Source: Eledone cirrhosa
Taxonomy: Eukaryota
DNA length: 64,000 nt
NCBI GenBank assembly: GCA_964016885.1
Contig: OZ024744.1
Coordinates: 27,714,001-27,778,000 of the forward strand
Direction of reading: 5' to 3'
A model generated the notes under the pieces. It made no database searches. It saw only the letters and a list, made by a program, of their open reading frames with translations, and was not told the origin of the DNA. The translations under genes were made by a program, and so were the position numbers. Of the stretch, positions 13,041 through 28,000 are shown in pieces. Positions within the stretch are counted from its first letter, which is position 1. Each line of letters begins with the position of its first letter.

Positions 13041-16000
13041 CTGTTATTGTCATTGTTGTTGTTGTTGTCGCTGTTATCACTGTTATTAACACTGTTGTTG
13101 TTGTTGTTCTCGCTGTTATCACTGTTATTGTTACTGTTGTTGTTGTCGCTGTTATAACTGTTATTGTCACTGTTGTTGTTGCTGTTGTCGCTGTCATAAC
13201 TCTTATTGTCACTGTTGTTGTTGTCGTTGTTATCACTGTTATTGTCATTAATGTTGTTCTCTGTGTTATCACTGGTATTGACACTGTTGTTGTTGTTGTT
13301 GTCGCTGTTATAACTGTTATTGTCTCTGTTGATGTTGTTGTTGTCGCTGTTATAACTGTTATTGTCACTGTTGTTGTTGTCGCTATTATAACTCTTATTG
13401 TCACTGTTGTTGTTGTTGTCGTCGTTGTTATCACTGTTATTGTCATTATTGTTGTTGTCGCTGTTATTACTGTTATTGTCATTGTTGTTGTTGTTGTCGC
13501 TGTAATCACTGTTATTGTCGCTGTTGTTGTTGTCGCTGTTATAACTGTTATTGTCACTATTGCTTTTGTAGTCGCTCTTATCACTCTTATTGTCATTGTT
13601 GTTGTTGTTCTCGCTGCTATCCCTGTTATTGTCATTGTTGTTGTTGTTGTACTCGCTGTTATCACTGTTATTGTCATTGTTGTTGTTGTTGTCGCTGTTA
13701 TCACTGTTATTGTCACTGTTTTTGTTGTTGTCGCTATTATCACTGTTATTGTCACTGTTGTTTTTTTTTGTTGTCGCTGTTATCACTGTTATTTTCATTG
13801 TTTTTGTTGTTGTTCTCGCATTTATCACTGTTATTGTCAGTGTTGTTGTTGTTGTTCTCGCTGTTATCACTGTTGTCGTCACTGTTGTTGTTGTTCTCGC
13901 TGTTATCACTGTTATTGTCATTGTTGTTGTTGTTGTGTTCGCTGTTATAACTGTTATTGTCATTGTTGTTGTTGTTGTTGTCGCTGTTGTCACTGTTATT
14001 GTCACTGTTGTTGTTGGCGCTGGTATAACTGTTATTGTCACTGTTGTTTTTGTTGTTGTCGCTGTTATCACTGTTATTGTCACTGTTGTTGTTGTCGCTG
14101 TTATAACTGTTATTGTCACTGTTGTTGTTGTTGTCACTGTTATCACTGTTATTGTCACTGTTGTTGTTGTTCTCGCTGTTGTCACTGTTATTGTCATTGT
14201 TGTTGTTGTCGCTGTTTTCTCTGTTATTGTCATTGTTGTTGTCGCTGTTATAACTGTTATTGTCATTGTTGTTGTTGTTGTTGCTGTTATAACTGTTACT
14301 GTCATTGTTGTTGTTATCGCTGTAATCACTGTTATTTTCATTGTTGTTGTTGTCGCTGTTATCACTGTTATTGTCATTGTTGTTGTTGTTGTTGTCGATT
14401 TTATCACTGTTATTGTCACTGTTGTTGTTGTCACTGTTATAAATGTTATTGTCACTGTTGTCGTTGTTGTCGCTGTTATCACTGTTATTGTCACTGTTGT
14501 TGTTGTTGTCGCTGTCATAACTGTTCTTTTCACTGTTGTTGTTGTTGTTGTTGTCGCTGTTATAAATGTTATTGTCACTGTTGTTGTCGCTGTTATAACT
14601 CTTATTGTCACTGTTGTTGTTGTCGCTGTTATCACTGTTATTGTCACAGTTGTTGTTGTCGCTGTTGTCATTGTTATTGTCATTGTCGTTGTTGTCGCTT
14701 TTATAACTGTTATTGTCATTGTAGTTGTTGTTGTCGCTGTTATAACTGTTATTATCACTGTTGTTGTTGTTGTTGCTGTCGGTGTTATAACTGTTATTAG
14801 TTACTGTTGTTGTTGTTGTTCTCGCTGTTACCACAGTTATTGTCAATGTTGTTGTTGTTGTCGCTGTTATAACTGTTATTGTCACTGTTGTTGTTGTTGT
14901 TGTCGCTGTTATAACTCTTATTGTCACTGTTGTTGTTGTTGTCGTTATCACTGTTATTGTCATTATTGTTATTGTCGCTGTTATCACTGTTATTGTCATT
15001 GTTGTTGTTGTTGTTGTTGTTGTCGCTGTTATCACTGTTATTGTCACTGTTGTTGTTGTTGCTTCTATAACTGTTATTGTCACTATTGCTGTTGTTGTTG
15101 TCGCTGTTATCACTCTTATTGTCATTGTTGTTGTCGCTGTTATCACTGTTATTGTCACTGTTGTTGTTCTCGCTGTTATAACTGTTATTCTCACTGTTGT
15201 TGTTCTGGCTGTTATCACTGGTATTGACAGTGTTGTTGTTTTTATTGTCGCTGTTAGAACTGTTATTGTCACTGTTGTTATTGTTGTTGTCGCTGTTATA
15301 ACTGTTATTGTCACTTTTGTTGTTGTTGTTCTTGCTGTTATCACTGTTATTGTCATTGTTGTTGTTGTCGCTGTTATCACTGTTATTGTCATTGTTGTTG
15401 TTGTCGCTGTTATCACTGTTATTGTCACTGTTGTTGTTCTTCTCGCTGTTATCACTGTTATTGTCACTGTTGTTGTTCTTCTCGCTGTTATCACTGTTAT
15501 TGTCATTGTTGTTGTTGTTGTGTTCGCTGTTATAACTGTTATTGTCATTGTTGTTGTTGTTGTTGTTGTCGCTGTTATCACTGTTATTGTCACTGTTGTT
15601 GTTGTCGCTGGTATAACTGTTATTGTCACTGTTGTTTTTGTTGTTGTCGCTGTTATCACTGTTATTGTCACTGTTGTTGTTGTTGTTGTCGATTTTTATC
15701 ACTGTTATTGTCACTGTTGTTGTTGTTGTCACTGTTATAAATGTTATTGTCACTGTTGTCGTTGTTGTCGCTGTTATCACTGTTATTGTCACTGTTGTTG
15801 TTGTTGTCGCTGTCATAACTGTTCTTTTCATTGTTGTTGTTGTTGTTGTTCTCGCTGTTATCACTGTTATTGTCACTGTTGTTGTCGCTGTTATCACAGT
15901 TATTGTCACTGTTGTTATTGTTGTTGTTCCTGTTATCACTGTTATTGTCACTGTTGTAGTTGTTCTGGCTGTTATAACTGTTATTGTCACTGTTGTTGTT

Positions 16001-19000
16001 GTTGTTGCTGTTGCTGTTATCACTGTTATTGTCATTGTTGTTGTTGTGGCTGTTATCACTGTTATTGTCACTGTTGTTGTCGCTGTTATCACTGTTATTT
16101 TCATTGTTGTTGTTGTTGTTCTCTCTGTTATCACTGTTATTGTCACTGTTGTTGTTGTTCTCGCTGTTATAACTGTTATTGTCATTGTTGTTGTTGTCGC
16201 TGTTATCACTGTTATTAACACTGTTGTTGTTGTTGTTGTTGTTGTTGTTCTCGCTGTTATCACTGTTATTGTCACTGTTGTTGTTGTCGCTGTTATAACT
16301 GTTATTGTCACTGTTGTTTTTGCTGTTGTCGCTGTCATAACTCTTATTGTCACTGTTGTTGTTGTCGTTGTTATCACTGTTATTGTCATTATTGTTGTTC
16401 TCGCTGTTATCATTGGTATTGACACTGTTGTTGTTGTTGTCACTGTTATAACTGTTATTGTCTCTGTTGATGTTGTTGTCGCTGTTATAATTGTTATTGT
16501 CACTGTTGTTGTTGTCGCTATTATAACTCTTATTGTCACTGTTGTTGTTGTTGTCGTCGTTGTTATCACTGTTATTGTCATTATTGTTGTTGTCGCTGTT
16601 ATTCCTGTTATTGTCATTGTTGTTGTTGTTGTCGCTGTTATCACTGTTATTATCGCTGTTATAACTGTTATTGTCACTATTGCTTTTGTTGTCGCTCTTA
16701 TCACACTTATTGTCATTGTTGTTATTGTTCTCGCTGCTATCCCTTTTATTGTCATTGTTGTTGTTGTTGTATTCGCTGTTATCACTGTTATTGTCATTGT
16801 TGTTGTTGTTGTCGCTGTTATCACTGTTATTGTCACTGTTTTTGTTGTTGTCGCTATTATCACTGTTATTGTCACTGTTGTTTTTGTTGTTGTCGCTGTT
16901 ATCACTGTTATTTTCATTATTGTTATTGTCGCTGTTATCTCTGTTATTGTCAGTGTTGTTGTTGTTGTTCTCGCTGTTATCAGTGTTGTCGTCACTGTTG
17001 TTGTTGTTGTCGCTGTTATAACTGTTATTGTCACTGTTGTTGTTGTTGCTCTCACTGTTACCACTGTTATTGTCAATGTTGTTGTTGTTGTCGCTGTTAT
17101 AACTGTTATTGTCACTGTTGTTGTTGTTGTTGTCGCTGTTATAACTCTTATTGTCACTGTTGTTGTTATTGTTGTCGTTGTTATCACTGTTATTGTCATT
17201 ATTGTTATTGTCGCTGATATCACTGTTATTGTCATTGTTGTTGTTGTTGTCGCTGTTATCGCTTTTATTGTCACTGTTTTTGTTGTTGTCGCTTCTATAA
17301 CTGTTATTTTCACTATTGCTGTTGTTGTCGCTGTTATCACTGTTATTGTCACTGTTGTTGTTCTCGCTGTTATAACTGTTATTCTCACAGTTGTTGTTGT
17401 TCTCGCTGTTATCACTGGTATTGACACTGTTGTTGTTTTTATTGTCACTGTTATAACTGTTAGTGTCACTGTTGTTATTGTTGTTGTCGCTGTTATAACT
17501 GTTATTGTCACTGTTGTTGTTGTTGTTCTCGCTGTTATCACTGTTATTGTCATTGTTGTTGTTGTCGCTGTTATCACTGTTATTGTCATTGTGGTTGTTG
17601 TCGTTGTTATCACTGTTATTGTCACTGTTGTTGTTGTTCTCGCTGTTATCACTGTTATTGTCACTGTTGCTGTTCTTCTCGCTGTTATAACTGTTATTGT
17701 CATTGTTGTTGTTCTTGTTGTTGTCGCTGTTATCACTGTTATTGTCACTGTTTGTTGGTGTCGCTGGTATAACTGTTATTGTCACTGTTGTTTTTGTTGT
17801 TGTCGCTGTTATCACTGTTATTGTCACTGTTGTTGTTGTCGCTGTTATAACTGTTATTGTCATTGTTGTTGTTGTCACTGTTATCACTGTTGTTGTCACT
17901 GTTGTTGTTCTCGCTGTTATCACTGTTATTGTCATTGTTGTTGTTGTCGCTGTTATCATTGTTATTGTCACTGTTGCTGTTGTTGTCGCTGTTATCTCTG
18001 TTATTGTCATTGTTGTTGTCGCTGTTATAACTGTTATTGTCACTGTTGTTGTTGTTGCTGTCGCTGTTATTACTGTTATTGTCATTGTTGCTGTTGTACT
18101 CGCTGTTATAACTGTTATTGTCACTGTTGTTGTCGCTGTTATAACTCTTATTGTCACTGTTGTTGTTGTCGCTGTTATCACTGTTATTGTCACAGTTGTT
18201 GTTGTCGCTGTTGTCATTGTTATTGTCATTGTCGTTGTTGTCGCTTTTATAACTGTTATTGTCATTGTAGTTGTTGTTGTCGCTGTTATAACTGTTATTA
18301 TCACTGTTGTTGTTGTTGTTGCTGTCGGTGTTATAACTGTTATTAGTTACTGTTGTTGTTGTTGTTCTCGCTGTTACCACTGTTATTGTCAATGTTGTTG
18401 TTGTTGTCGCTGTTATAACTGTTATTGTCACTGTTGTTGTTCTCGCTGTTATAACTGTTATTCTCACAGTTGTTGTTGTTCTCGCTGTTATCACTGGTAT
18501 TGACACTGTTGTTGTTTTTATTGTCACTGTTATAACTGTTATTGTCACTGTTGTTATTGTTGTTGTCGCTGTTATAACTGTTATTGTCACTGTTGTTGTT
18601 GTTGTTCTCGCTGTTATCACTGTTATTGTCATTGTTGTTGTTGTCGCTGTTATCACTGTTATTGTCATTGTGGTTGTTGTCGCTGTTATCACTGTTATTG
18701 TCACTGTTGTTGTTGTTCTCGCTGTTATCACTGTTATTGTCACTGTTGCTGTTCTTCTCGCTGTTATAACTGTTATTGTCATTGTTGTTGTTCTTGTTGT
18801 TGTCGCTGTTATCACTGTTATTGTCACTGTTTGTTGGTGTCGCTGGTATAACTGTTATTGTCACTGTTGTTTTTGTTGTTGTCGCTGTTATCACTGTTAT
18901 TGTCACTGTTGTTGTTGTCGCTGTTATAACTGTTATTGTCATTGTTGTTGTTGTCACTGTTATCACTGTTGTTGTCACTGTTGTTGTTCTCGCTGTTATC

Positions 19001-22000
19001 ACTGTTATTGTCATTGTTGTTGTTGTCGCTGTTATCATTGTTATTGTCACTGTTGCTGTTGTTGTCGTTGTTATCTCTGTTATTGTCATTGTTGTTGTCG
19101 CTGTTATAACTGTTATTGTCACTGTTGTTGTTGTTGCTGTCGCTGTTATCACTGTTATTGTCATTGTTGCTGTTGTACTCGCTGTTATCACTGTTATTGT
19201 TGTTGTTGTTGTGGCTGTTATCACTGTTATTGTCACTGTTGTTGTCGCTGTTATCACTGTTATTTTCATTGTTGTTGTTGTTCTCTCTGTTATCACTGTT
19301 GTTGTCACTGTTATTGTCACTGTTGTTGTTGTTCTCGCTGTAATAACTGTTATTGTGACTGTTGTTGTTGTCGCTGTTATAACTGTTATTGTCATTGTTG
19401 TTGTTGTTGTCGCTGTTATCACTGTTATTAACACTGTTGTTGTTGTTGTTCTCGCTGTTATCACTGTTAGTGTCACTGTTGTTGTCGCTGTTATAACTGT
19501 TATTGTCACTGTTGTTGTTGCTATTGTCGCTGTCATAACTCTTATTGTCACTGTTGTTGTTGTTGTTGTTGTCGTTGTTATCACTGTTATTGTCATTATT
19601 GTTGTTCTCGCTGTTATCACTGGTATTGAAACTGTTGTTGTTGTTGTTGTTGTCGCTATTATAACTGTTATTATCTCTGTTGATGTTGTTGTTGTCGCTG
19701 TTATAACTGTTATTGTCACTATTGCTTTTGTTGTTGTCGCTCTTATCACTCTTATTGTCATTGTTGTTGTTGTTCTCGCTGCTATCCCTGTTATTGTCAT
19801 TGTTGTTGTTGTTGTACTCGCTGTTATCACTGTTATTGTCATTGTTGTTGTTGTCGCTGTTATCACTGTTATTGTAACTGTTTTTGTTGTAGTCGCTATT
19901 ATCACTGTTATTGTCAATGTTGTTTTTTTTGTTGTCGCTGTTATCACTGTTATTTTCATTGTTTTTCTTGTTGTTCTCGCATTTATCACTGTTATTGTCA
20001 GTGTTGTTGTTGTTCTCGCTGTTATCACTGTCGTCGTCACTGTTGTCGTTGTTGTCGCTGTTATAACTGTTATTGTGACTGTTGTTGTTGTTGTTCTCGC
20101 TGTTATCACTGTTATTGTCACTGTTGTTGTTGTTGTTCTCGCTGTTACCACTGTTCTTGTCAATGTTGTTGTTGTTGTCGCTGTTATAACTGTTATTGTC
20201 AGTGTTGTTGTTGTTGTTGTCGCTGTTATAACTCTTATTGTCACTGTTGTTGTTGTTGTTGTTGTCGTCGTTGTTATCACTGTTATTGTCATTATTGTTA
20301 TTGTCGCTGTTATCACTGTTATTGTCATTGTTGTTGTTGTTATTGTTGTCGCTGTTATCACTGTTATTGTCACTGTTGTCGTTGTTGTCGCTTCTATAAC
20401 TGTTATTGTCACTATTGCTGTTGTTGTTGTCGCTGTTATCACTCTTATTGTCATTGTTGTTGTTGTCGCTGTTATCACTGTTATTGTCACTGTTGTTGTT
20501 CTCGCTGTTATAACTGTTATTCTCACTGTTGTTGTTCTGGCTGTTATCACTGGTATTGACACTGTTGTTGTTTTTATCGTCGCTGTTAGAACTGTTATTG
20601 TCACTGTTGTTATTGTTGTTGTCGCTGTTATAACTGTTATTGTCACTGTTGTTGTTGTTGTTGTTCTCGATGTTATCACTGTTATTGTCATTGTTGTTGT
20701 CGCTGTTATCACTGTTATTGTCACTGTTGTTGTCGCTGGTATAACTGTTATTGTCACTGTTTTTTTTGTTGTTGTCGCTGTTTTCACTGTTATTGTCACT
20801 GTTGTTGTTGTCGCTGTTATAACTGTTATTGTCACTGTTGTTGTTGTCACTTTTATCACTGTTATTGTCACTGTTGTTGTTGTTCTCGCTGTTATCACTG
20901 TTATTGTCATTGTTGTTGTTGTCGCTGTTATCACTGTTATTGTCACTGTTGCTGTTGTTGTCGCTGTTATCTCTGTTATTGTCATTGTTGTTGTCGCTGT
21001 TATAACTGTTATTGTCATTGTTGTTGTTGTTGTTGCTGCTATAACTGTTACTGTCACTGTTGTTGTTGTCGCTGTTATCACTGTTATTTTCATTGTTGTT
21101 GTTGTTGTTCTCTCTGTTATCACTGTTATTGTCACTGTTATTGTCACTGTTGTTGTTGTTCTCGCTGTTATAACTGTTATTGTGTCTGTTGTTGTTGTCG
21201 CTGTTATAACTGTTATTGTCATTGTTGTTGTTGTTGTCGCTGTTATCACTGTTATTAACATTGTTGTTGTTGTTGTTCTCGCTGTTATCACTGTTATTGT
21301 CACTGTTGTTGTTGTTGTCGCTGTTATAACTGTTATTGTAACTGTTGTTGTCGCTGTTATCACTGTTATTGTCTCTGTTGTTGTTGTCGCTGTTATCACT
21401 GTTATTGTCACTGTTGCTGTTGTTGTCGCTGTTATCACTGCTATTGTCATTGTTGTTGTTGTTGTCGCTGTTATCACTGTGATTGTCATTGTTGTTGTTG
21501 TTGTTGTTCTCGCTGTTATCACCGTTATTGTCACCGTTGTTTTCGCTGTTATCACTGTTAATGTCACTGTTGTTATTGTTGTTGTTGCTGTTATCACTGT
21601 TATTGTCACTGTTGTTGTTGTTGTTGCTGTCGCTGTTATCACTGTTATTGTCATTGTTGCTGTTGTACTCGCTGTTATCACTGTTATTGTTGTTGTTGTT
21701 GTAGCTGTTATCACTGTTATTGTCACTGTTGTTGTCGCTGTTATCACTGTTATTTTCCTTGTTGTTGTTGTTGTTCTCTCTGTTATCACTGTTATTGTCA
21801 CTGTTGTTGTTGTTCTCGCTGTTATAACTGTTATTGTCATTGTTGTTGTTGTCGCTGTTATCACTGTTATTAACACTATTGTTGTTGTTGTTCTCGCTGT
21901 TATCACTGTTATTGTCACTGTTGTTGTTGTCGCTGTTATGACTGTTATTGTCACTGTTGTTGTTGCTGTTGTCGCTGTCATAACTCTTATTGTCACTGTT

Positions 22001-25000
22001 GTTGTTGTTGTCGTTGTTATCACTGTTATTGTCATTATTGTTGTTCTCGCTGTTATCACTGGTATTGACACTGTTGTTGTTGTTGTTGTCGCTGTTATAA
22101 CTGTTATTGTCTCTGTTGATGTTGTTGTTGTCGCTGTTATAACTGTTATTGTCACTGTTGTTGTTGTTGTCGTCGTTGTTATCACTGTTATTGTCATTAT
22201 TGTTGTTGTCGCTGTTATCACTGTTATTGTCATTGTTGTTGTTGTTGTCGCTGTTATCACTGTTATTGTCCCTGTTGTTGTTGTCGCTGTTATAACTGTT
22301 ATTGTCACTATTGCTTTTGTTGTTGTCGCTCTTATCACTCTTATTGTCATTGTTGTTGTTGTTCTCGCTGCTATCCCTGTTATTGTCATTGTTGTTGTTG
22401 TTGTACTCGCTGTTATCACTGTTATTGTCATTGTTGTTGTTGTTGTCACTGTTATCACTGTTATTGTCACTGTTTTTGTTGTTGTCGCTATTATCACTGT
22501 TATTGTCACTGTTGTTTTTGTTGTTGTCGCTGTTATCACTGTTATTTTCATTGTTTTTTTTGTTGTTCTCGCATTTATCACTGTTATTGTCAGTGTTGTT
22601 GTTCTTGTTCTCGCTGTTATCACTGGCGTCGTCACTGTTGTTGTTGTTGTCGCTGTTATAACTCTTATTGTCACTGTTGTTGTTGTTGTTGTCGTTGTTA
22701 TCACTGTTATTGTCATTATTGTTATTGTCGCTGTTATCACTGTTATTGTCATTGTTGTTGTTGTTGTTGTCGCTGTTATCACTGTTATTGTCACTGTTGT
22801 TGTTGTTGTCGCTTCTATAACTGGTATTGTCACTATTGCTGTTGTTGTTGTCGCTGTTATCACTCTTATTGTCATCGTTGTTGTTGTCGCTGTTATCACT
22901 GTTATTGTCACTGTTATTGTTCGCGCTGTTATAACTGTTATTCTCACTGTTGTTGTTCTCGCTGTTATCAATGGTATTGACACTGTTGTTGTTTTTATTG
23001 TCGCTGTTAGAACTGTTATTGTCACTGTTGTTATTGTTGTTGTCGCTGTTATAACTGTTATTGTCACTGTTGTTGTTGTTGTTCTCGCTGTTATCACTGT
23101 TATTGTCATTGTTGTTGTTGACGCTGTTATCACTGTTAATGTCATTGTTGTTGTTGTCGCTGTTATCACTGTTATTGTCACTGTTGTTGTTGTTCTCGCT
23201 GTTATCACTGTTATTGTCACTGTTGTTGTTCTTCTCGCTGTTATCACTGTTATTGTCATTGTTGTTGTTGTTGTGTTCGCTGTTATAACTGTTATTGTCA
23301 TTGTTGTTGTTGTTGTTGTTGTCGCTGCTATCACTGTTATTGTCACTGTTGTTGTTGTCGCTGGTATAACTGTTATTGTCACTGTTGTTTTTGTTGTTGT
23401 CGCTGTTATCACTGTTATTGTCACTGTTGTTTTTGTCGCTGTTATAACTGTTATAGTCACAGTTGTTGTTGTTGTCGCTGTTATCTCTGTTATTGTCATT
23501 GTTGTTGTCGCTGTTATAACTGTTATTGTCATTGTTGTTGTTGTTGTTGTTGCTGTTATAACTGTTACTGTCATTGTTGTTGTTGTTGTCGCTGTTATCA
23601 CTGTTATTTTCATTGATGTTGTTGTCGCTGTTATCACTGTTATTGTCACTGTTGTTGTTGTTATTGTCGCTGTTATCACTGTTATTGTCACTGTTGTTGT
23701 TGTTGTCACTGTTATAAATGTTATTGTCACTGTTGTCGTTGTTGTCGCTGTTATCACTGTTATTGTCACTGTTGTTGTTGTTGTTGTCGCTGTCATAACT
23801 GTTCTTTTCACTGTTGTTGTTGTTGTTGTTCTCGCTGTTATCACTGTTATTGTCACTGTTGTTGTCGCTGTTATCTCCTGTTATTGTCACTGTTGTTATT
23901 GTTGTTGTTGCTGTTATCACTGTTATTGTCACTGTTGTAGTTGTTGTCGCTGTTATAACTGTTATTTTCATTGTTGTTGTTGTTCTCCCTGTTATCACTG
24001 TTATTGTCACTGTTATTGTCACTGTTGTTGTTGTTCTCGCTGTTATAATTGTTATTGTGACTGTTGTTGTTGTCGCTGTTATAACTGTTAGTGTCATTGT
24101 TGTTGTTGTTGTCGCTGTTATCACTGTTATTAACACTGTTGTTGTTGTTGTTCTCGCTGTTATCACTGTTATTGTTGTTGTCGCTGTTATAACTGTTATT
24201 GTCACTGTTGTTGTTGTCGCTGTTATAACTCTTATTGTCACTGTTGTTGTTGTTGTCGTCGTTGTTATCACTGTTATTGTCATAATTGTTGTTGTCGCTG
24301 TTATCACTGTTATTGTCATTGTTGTTGTTGTTGTCGCTGTTATCACTGTTATTGTCCCTGTTGTTGTCGCTGTTATAAATGTTATTGTCACTATTGCTTT
24401 TGTTGTTGTCGCTCTTATCACTCTTATTGTCATTGCTGTTGTTGTTCTCGCTGCTATCCCTGTTATTGTCATTGTTGTTGTTGTTGTACTCGCTGTTATC
24501 ACTGTTATTGTCATTGTTGTTGTTGTGGTCGCTGTTATCACTGTTATTGTCACTGTTTTTGTTGTTGTCGCTATTATCACTGTTATTGTCACTGTTGTTT
24601 TTGTTGTTGTCGCTGTTATCACTGTTATTTTCATTGTTTTTGTGGTTGTTCTCGCATTTATCACTGTTATTGTCAGTGTTGTTGTTGTTGTTCTCGCTGT
24701 TATCACTGTTGTCGTCACTGTTGTTGTTGTTGTCGCTGTTATAACTGTTATTGTCGCTGTTATAACTGTTATTGTCATTGTTGTTGTTGTCACTGTTATC
24801 ACTGTTATTGACACTGTTGTTGCTGTTGTTCTCGCTGTTACCACTGTTATTGTCAATGTTGTTGTTGTTGTCGCTGTTATAACTGTTATTGTCACTGTTG
24901 TTGTTGTTGTCGCTGTTATAACTCTTATTGTCACTGTTGTTGTTGTAGTTGTCGTTGTTATCACTGTAATTGTCATTATTGTTATTGTCGCAGTTATCAC

Positions 25001-28000
25001 TGTTATTGCCATTGTTGTTGTTGTTGTTGTCGTCGCTGTTATCACTTTTATTGTCACTGTTTTTGTTGTTGTCGCTTCTATAACTGTTATTTTCACTATT
25101 GCTGTTGTTGTCGCTGTTATCACTCCTATTGTCATTGTTGTTGTTGTCGCTGTTATCACTGTTATTGTCACTGTTGTTGTTCTCGCTGTTATAACTGTTA
25201 TTCTCACTGTTGTTGTTGTTCTCGCTGTTATCACTGGTATTGACACTGTTGTTGTTTTTATTGTCGCTGTTATAACTGTTATTGTCACTGTTGTTATCGT
25301 TGTTGTCGCTGTTATAACTGTTATTGTTACTGTTGTTGTTGTTGTTCTCGCTGTTATCACTGTTATTGTCATTGTTGTTGTTGTCGCTGTTATCACTGTT
25401 ATTGTCATTGTTGTTGTTGTCGCTGTTATCACTATTATTGTCACTGTTGTTGTTGTTCTCGCTGTTATCACTGTTATTGTCACTGTTGTTGTTCTTCTCG
25501 CTGTTATCACTGTTATTGTCATTGTTGTTGTTGTTGTGTTCGCTGTTATAACTGTTGTTGTCATTGTTGTTGTTGTTGTCGCTGTTATCACTGTTATTGT
25601 CACTGTTGTCGTTGTCGCTGGTATAACTGTTATTGTCACTGTTGTTTTTGTTGTTTGCGCTGTTATCACTGTTATTGTCACTGTTGTTGTTGTCTCTGTT
25701 ATAACTGTTATTGTCACCGTTGTTGTTGTTCTCGCTGTTATCACTGTTATTGTCATTGTTGTTGTTGTCGCTGTTATCACTGTTATTGTCACTGTTGCTG
25801 TTGTTGTCGCTGTTATCTCTGTTATTGTCATTGTTGTTGTCGCTGTTATAACTGTTATTGTCATTGTTGTTGTTGTTGATGCTGTTATAACTGTTACTGT
25901 CATTGTTGTTGTTGTCGCTGTTATCACTGTTATTTTCACTGTTGTTGTTGTTGTTGTCGCTGTTATCACTGTTATTGTCACTGTTGTTGTTGTTGTTGTT
26001 GTTGTTGTCGCTGTTATAACTGTTATTGTCACTGTTGTTGTCGCTGTTATAACTCTTATTGTCACTGTTGTTGTTGTCGCTGTTATCACTGTTATTGTCA
26101 CAGTTGTTGTTGTCGCTGTTATCATTGTTATTGTCATTGTCGTTGTTGTCGCTTTTATAACTGTTATTGTCATTATCGTTGTTGTTGTCGCTGTTATAAC
26201 TGTTATTGTCACTGTTGTTGTTGTTGCTGTCGGTGTTATAACTGTTATTGTCACTGTTGTTATTGTTGTTGTCGCTGTTATAACTGTTATTGTCACTGTT
26301 GTTGTTGTTGTTCTCGCTGTTATCACTGTTATTGTCATTGTTGTTGTTGTCGCTGTTATCACTGTTATTGTCACTGTTGTTGTTGTTCTCGCTGTTATCA
26401 CTGTTATTGTCACTGTTATTGTTCTTCTCGCTGTTATCACTGTTATTGTCATTGTTGTTGTTGTTGTGTTCGCTGTTATAACTGTTATTGTCATTGTTGT
26501 TCTTGTTGTTGTCGCTGTTATCACTGTTATTGTCACTGTTGTTGTCGCTGGTATAACTGTTATTGTCACTGTTGTTTTTGTTGTTGTCGCTGTTATCACT
26601 GTTATTGTCACTGTTGTTGTTGTCGCTGTTATGACTGTTATTGTCACTGTTGTTGTTGTTGTCACTGTTATCACTGTTATTGTCACTGTTGTTGTTCTCG
26701 CTGTTATAACTGTTATTGTCATTGTTGTTGTTGTCGCTGTTATCACTGTTATTGTCACTGTTGCTGTTGTTGTCGCTGTTATCTCTGGTATTCTCATTTT
26801 TGTTGTCGCTGTTATAACTGTTATTGTCATTGTTGTTGTTGCTGTTGCTGTTATAACTGTTACTGTCATTGTGGTTGTTGTTGTCGCTGTAATCACTGTT
26901 AATTTCATTGTTGTTGTTGTCGCTGTTATCACTGTTATTGTCACTGTTGTTGTTGTTGTTGTCGATTTTATCACTGTTATTGTCACTGTTGTTGTTGTTG
27001 TTGTTGCTGTCATAACTGTTCTTTTCACTGTTGTTGTTGTTGTTGTTGTTGTCGCTGTTATAACTGTTATTGTCACTGTTGTTGTCGCTGTTATAACTCT
27101 TATTGTCACTGTTGTTGTTGTTGTCGCTGTTATCACTGTTATTGTCACAGTTGATGTTGTCGCTTTTATAACTGTTATTGTCATTGTAGTTGTTGTTGTC
27201 GCTGTTATAACTGTTATTGTCACTGTTGTTGTTGTTGCTGTCGGTGTTATAACTGTTATTAGTTACTGTTGTTGTTGTTGTTGTTCTCGCTGTTACCACT
27301 GTTATTGTCAATGTTGTTGTTGTTGTCGCTGTTATAACTGTTATTGTCACTGTTGTTGTTGTTGTTGTCGCTGTTATAACTCTTATTGTCACTGTTGTTG
27401 TTGTTGTTGTCGTTGTTATCACTGTTATTGTCATTATTGTTATTGTCGCTGTTATCACTGTTATTGTCATTGTTGTTGTTGTTGTTGTTGTCGCTGTTAT
27501 CACTGTTATTGTCACTGTTGTTGTTGTTGTCGCTTCTATAACTGTTATTGTCACTATTGCTGTTGTTGTTGTCGCTGTTATCACTCTTATTGTCATTGTT
27601 GTTGTCGCTGTTATCACTGTTATTGTCACTGTTGTTGTTCTCGCTGTTATAACTGTTATTCTCACAGCTGTTGTTCTGGCTGTTATCACTGGTATTGACA
27701 CTGTTGTTGCTTTTATTGTCACTGTTATTTTTGTCACTGTTATCACTGTTATTGTCACTGTTGTTGTTGTTCCCGCTGTTATCACTTATTGTCATTGTTG
27801 TTGTCGCTGTTATCACTGTTATTGTCACTGTTGCTGTTGTTGTCGCTGTTATCTCTGTTATTGTCATTGTTGTTGTTGTTGTTATAACTGTTACTGTCAC
27901 TGTTGTTGTTGTTCTCGCTGTTATCACTGTTATTGTAACTGTTGTTGTTCTTCTCGCTGTTATCACTGTTATTTTCATTGTTGTTGTTGTTGTGTTCGCT

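Larger units (their letters stand above)
4470..19105. repeat. ~6.5-kb block duplicated: ~4470-11020 and ~12590-19105 (offset 8081-8120 bp)
   Basis: Near-identical ORF pairs: 4880/13000, 6716/14797, 7539/15623, 7584/15668, 8587/16671 and 9661/17745. Shared rare markers: GATATC at 9132/17216 and GATTTTT at ~7607/15691. Confidence 0.93.
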
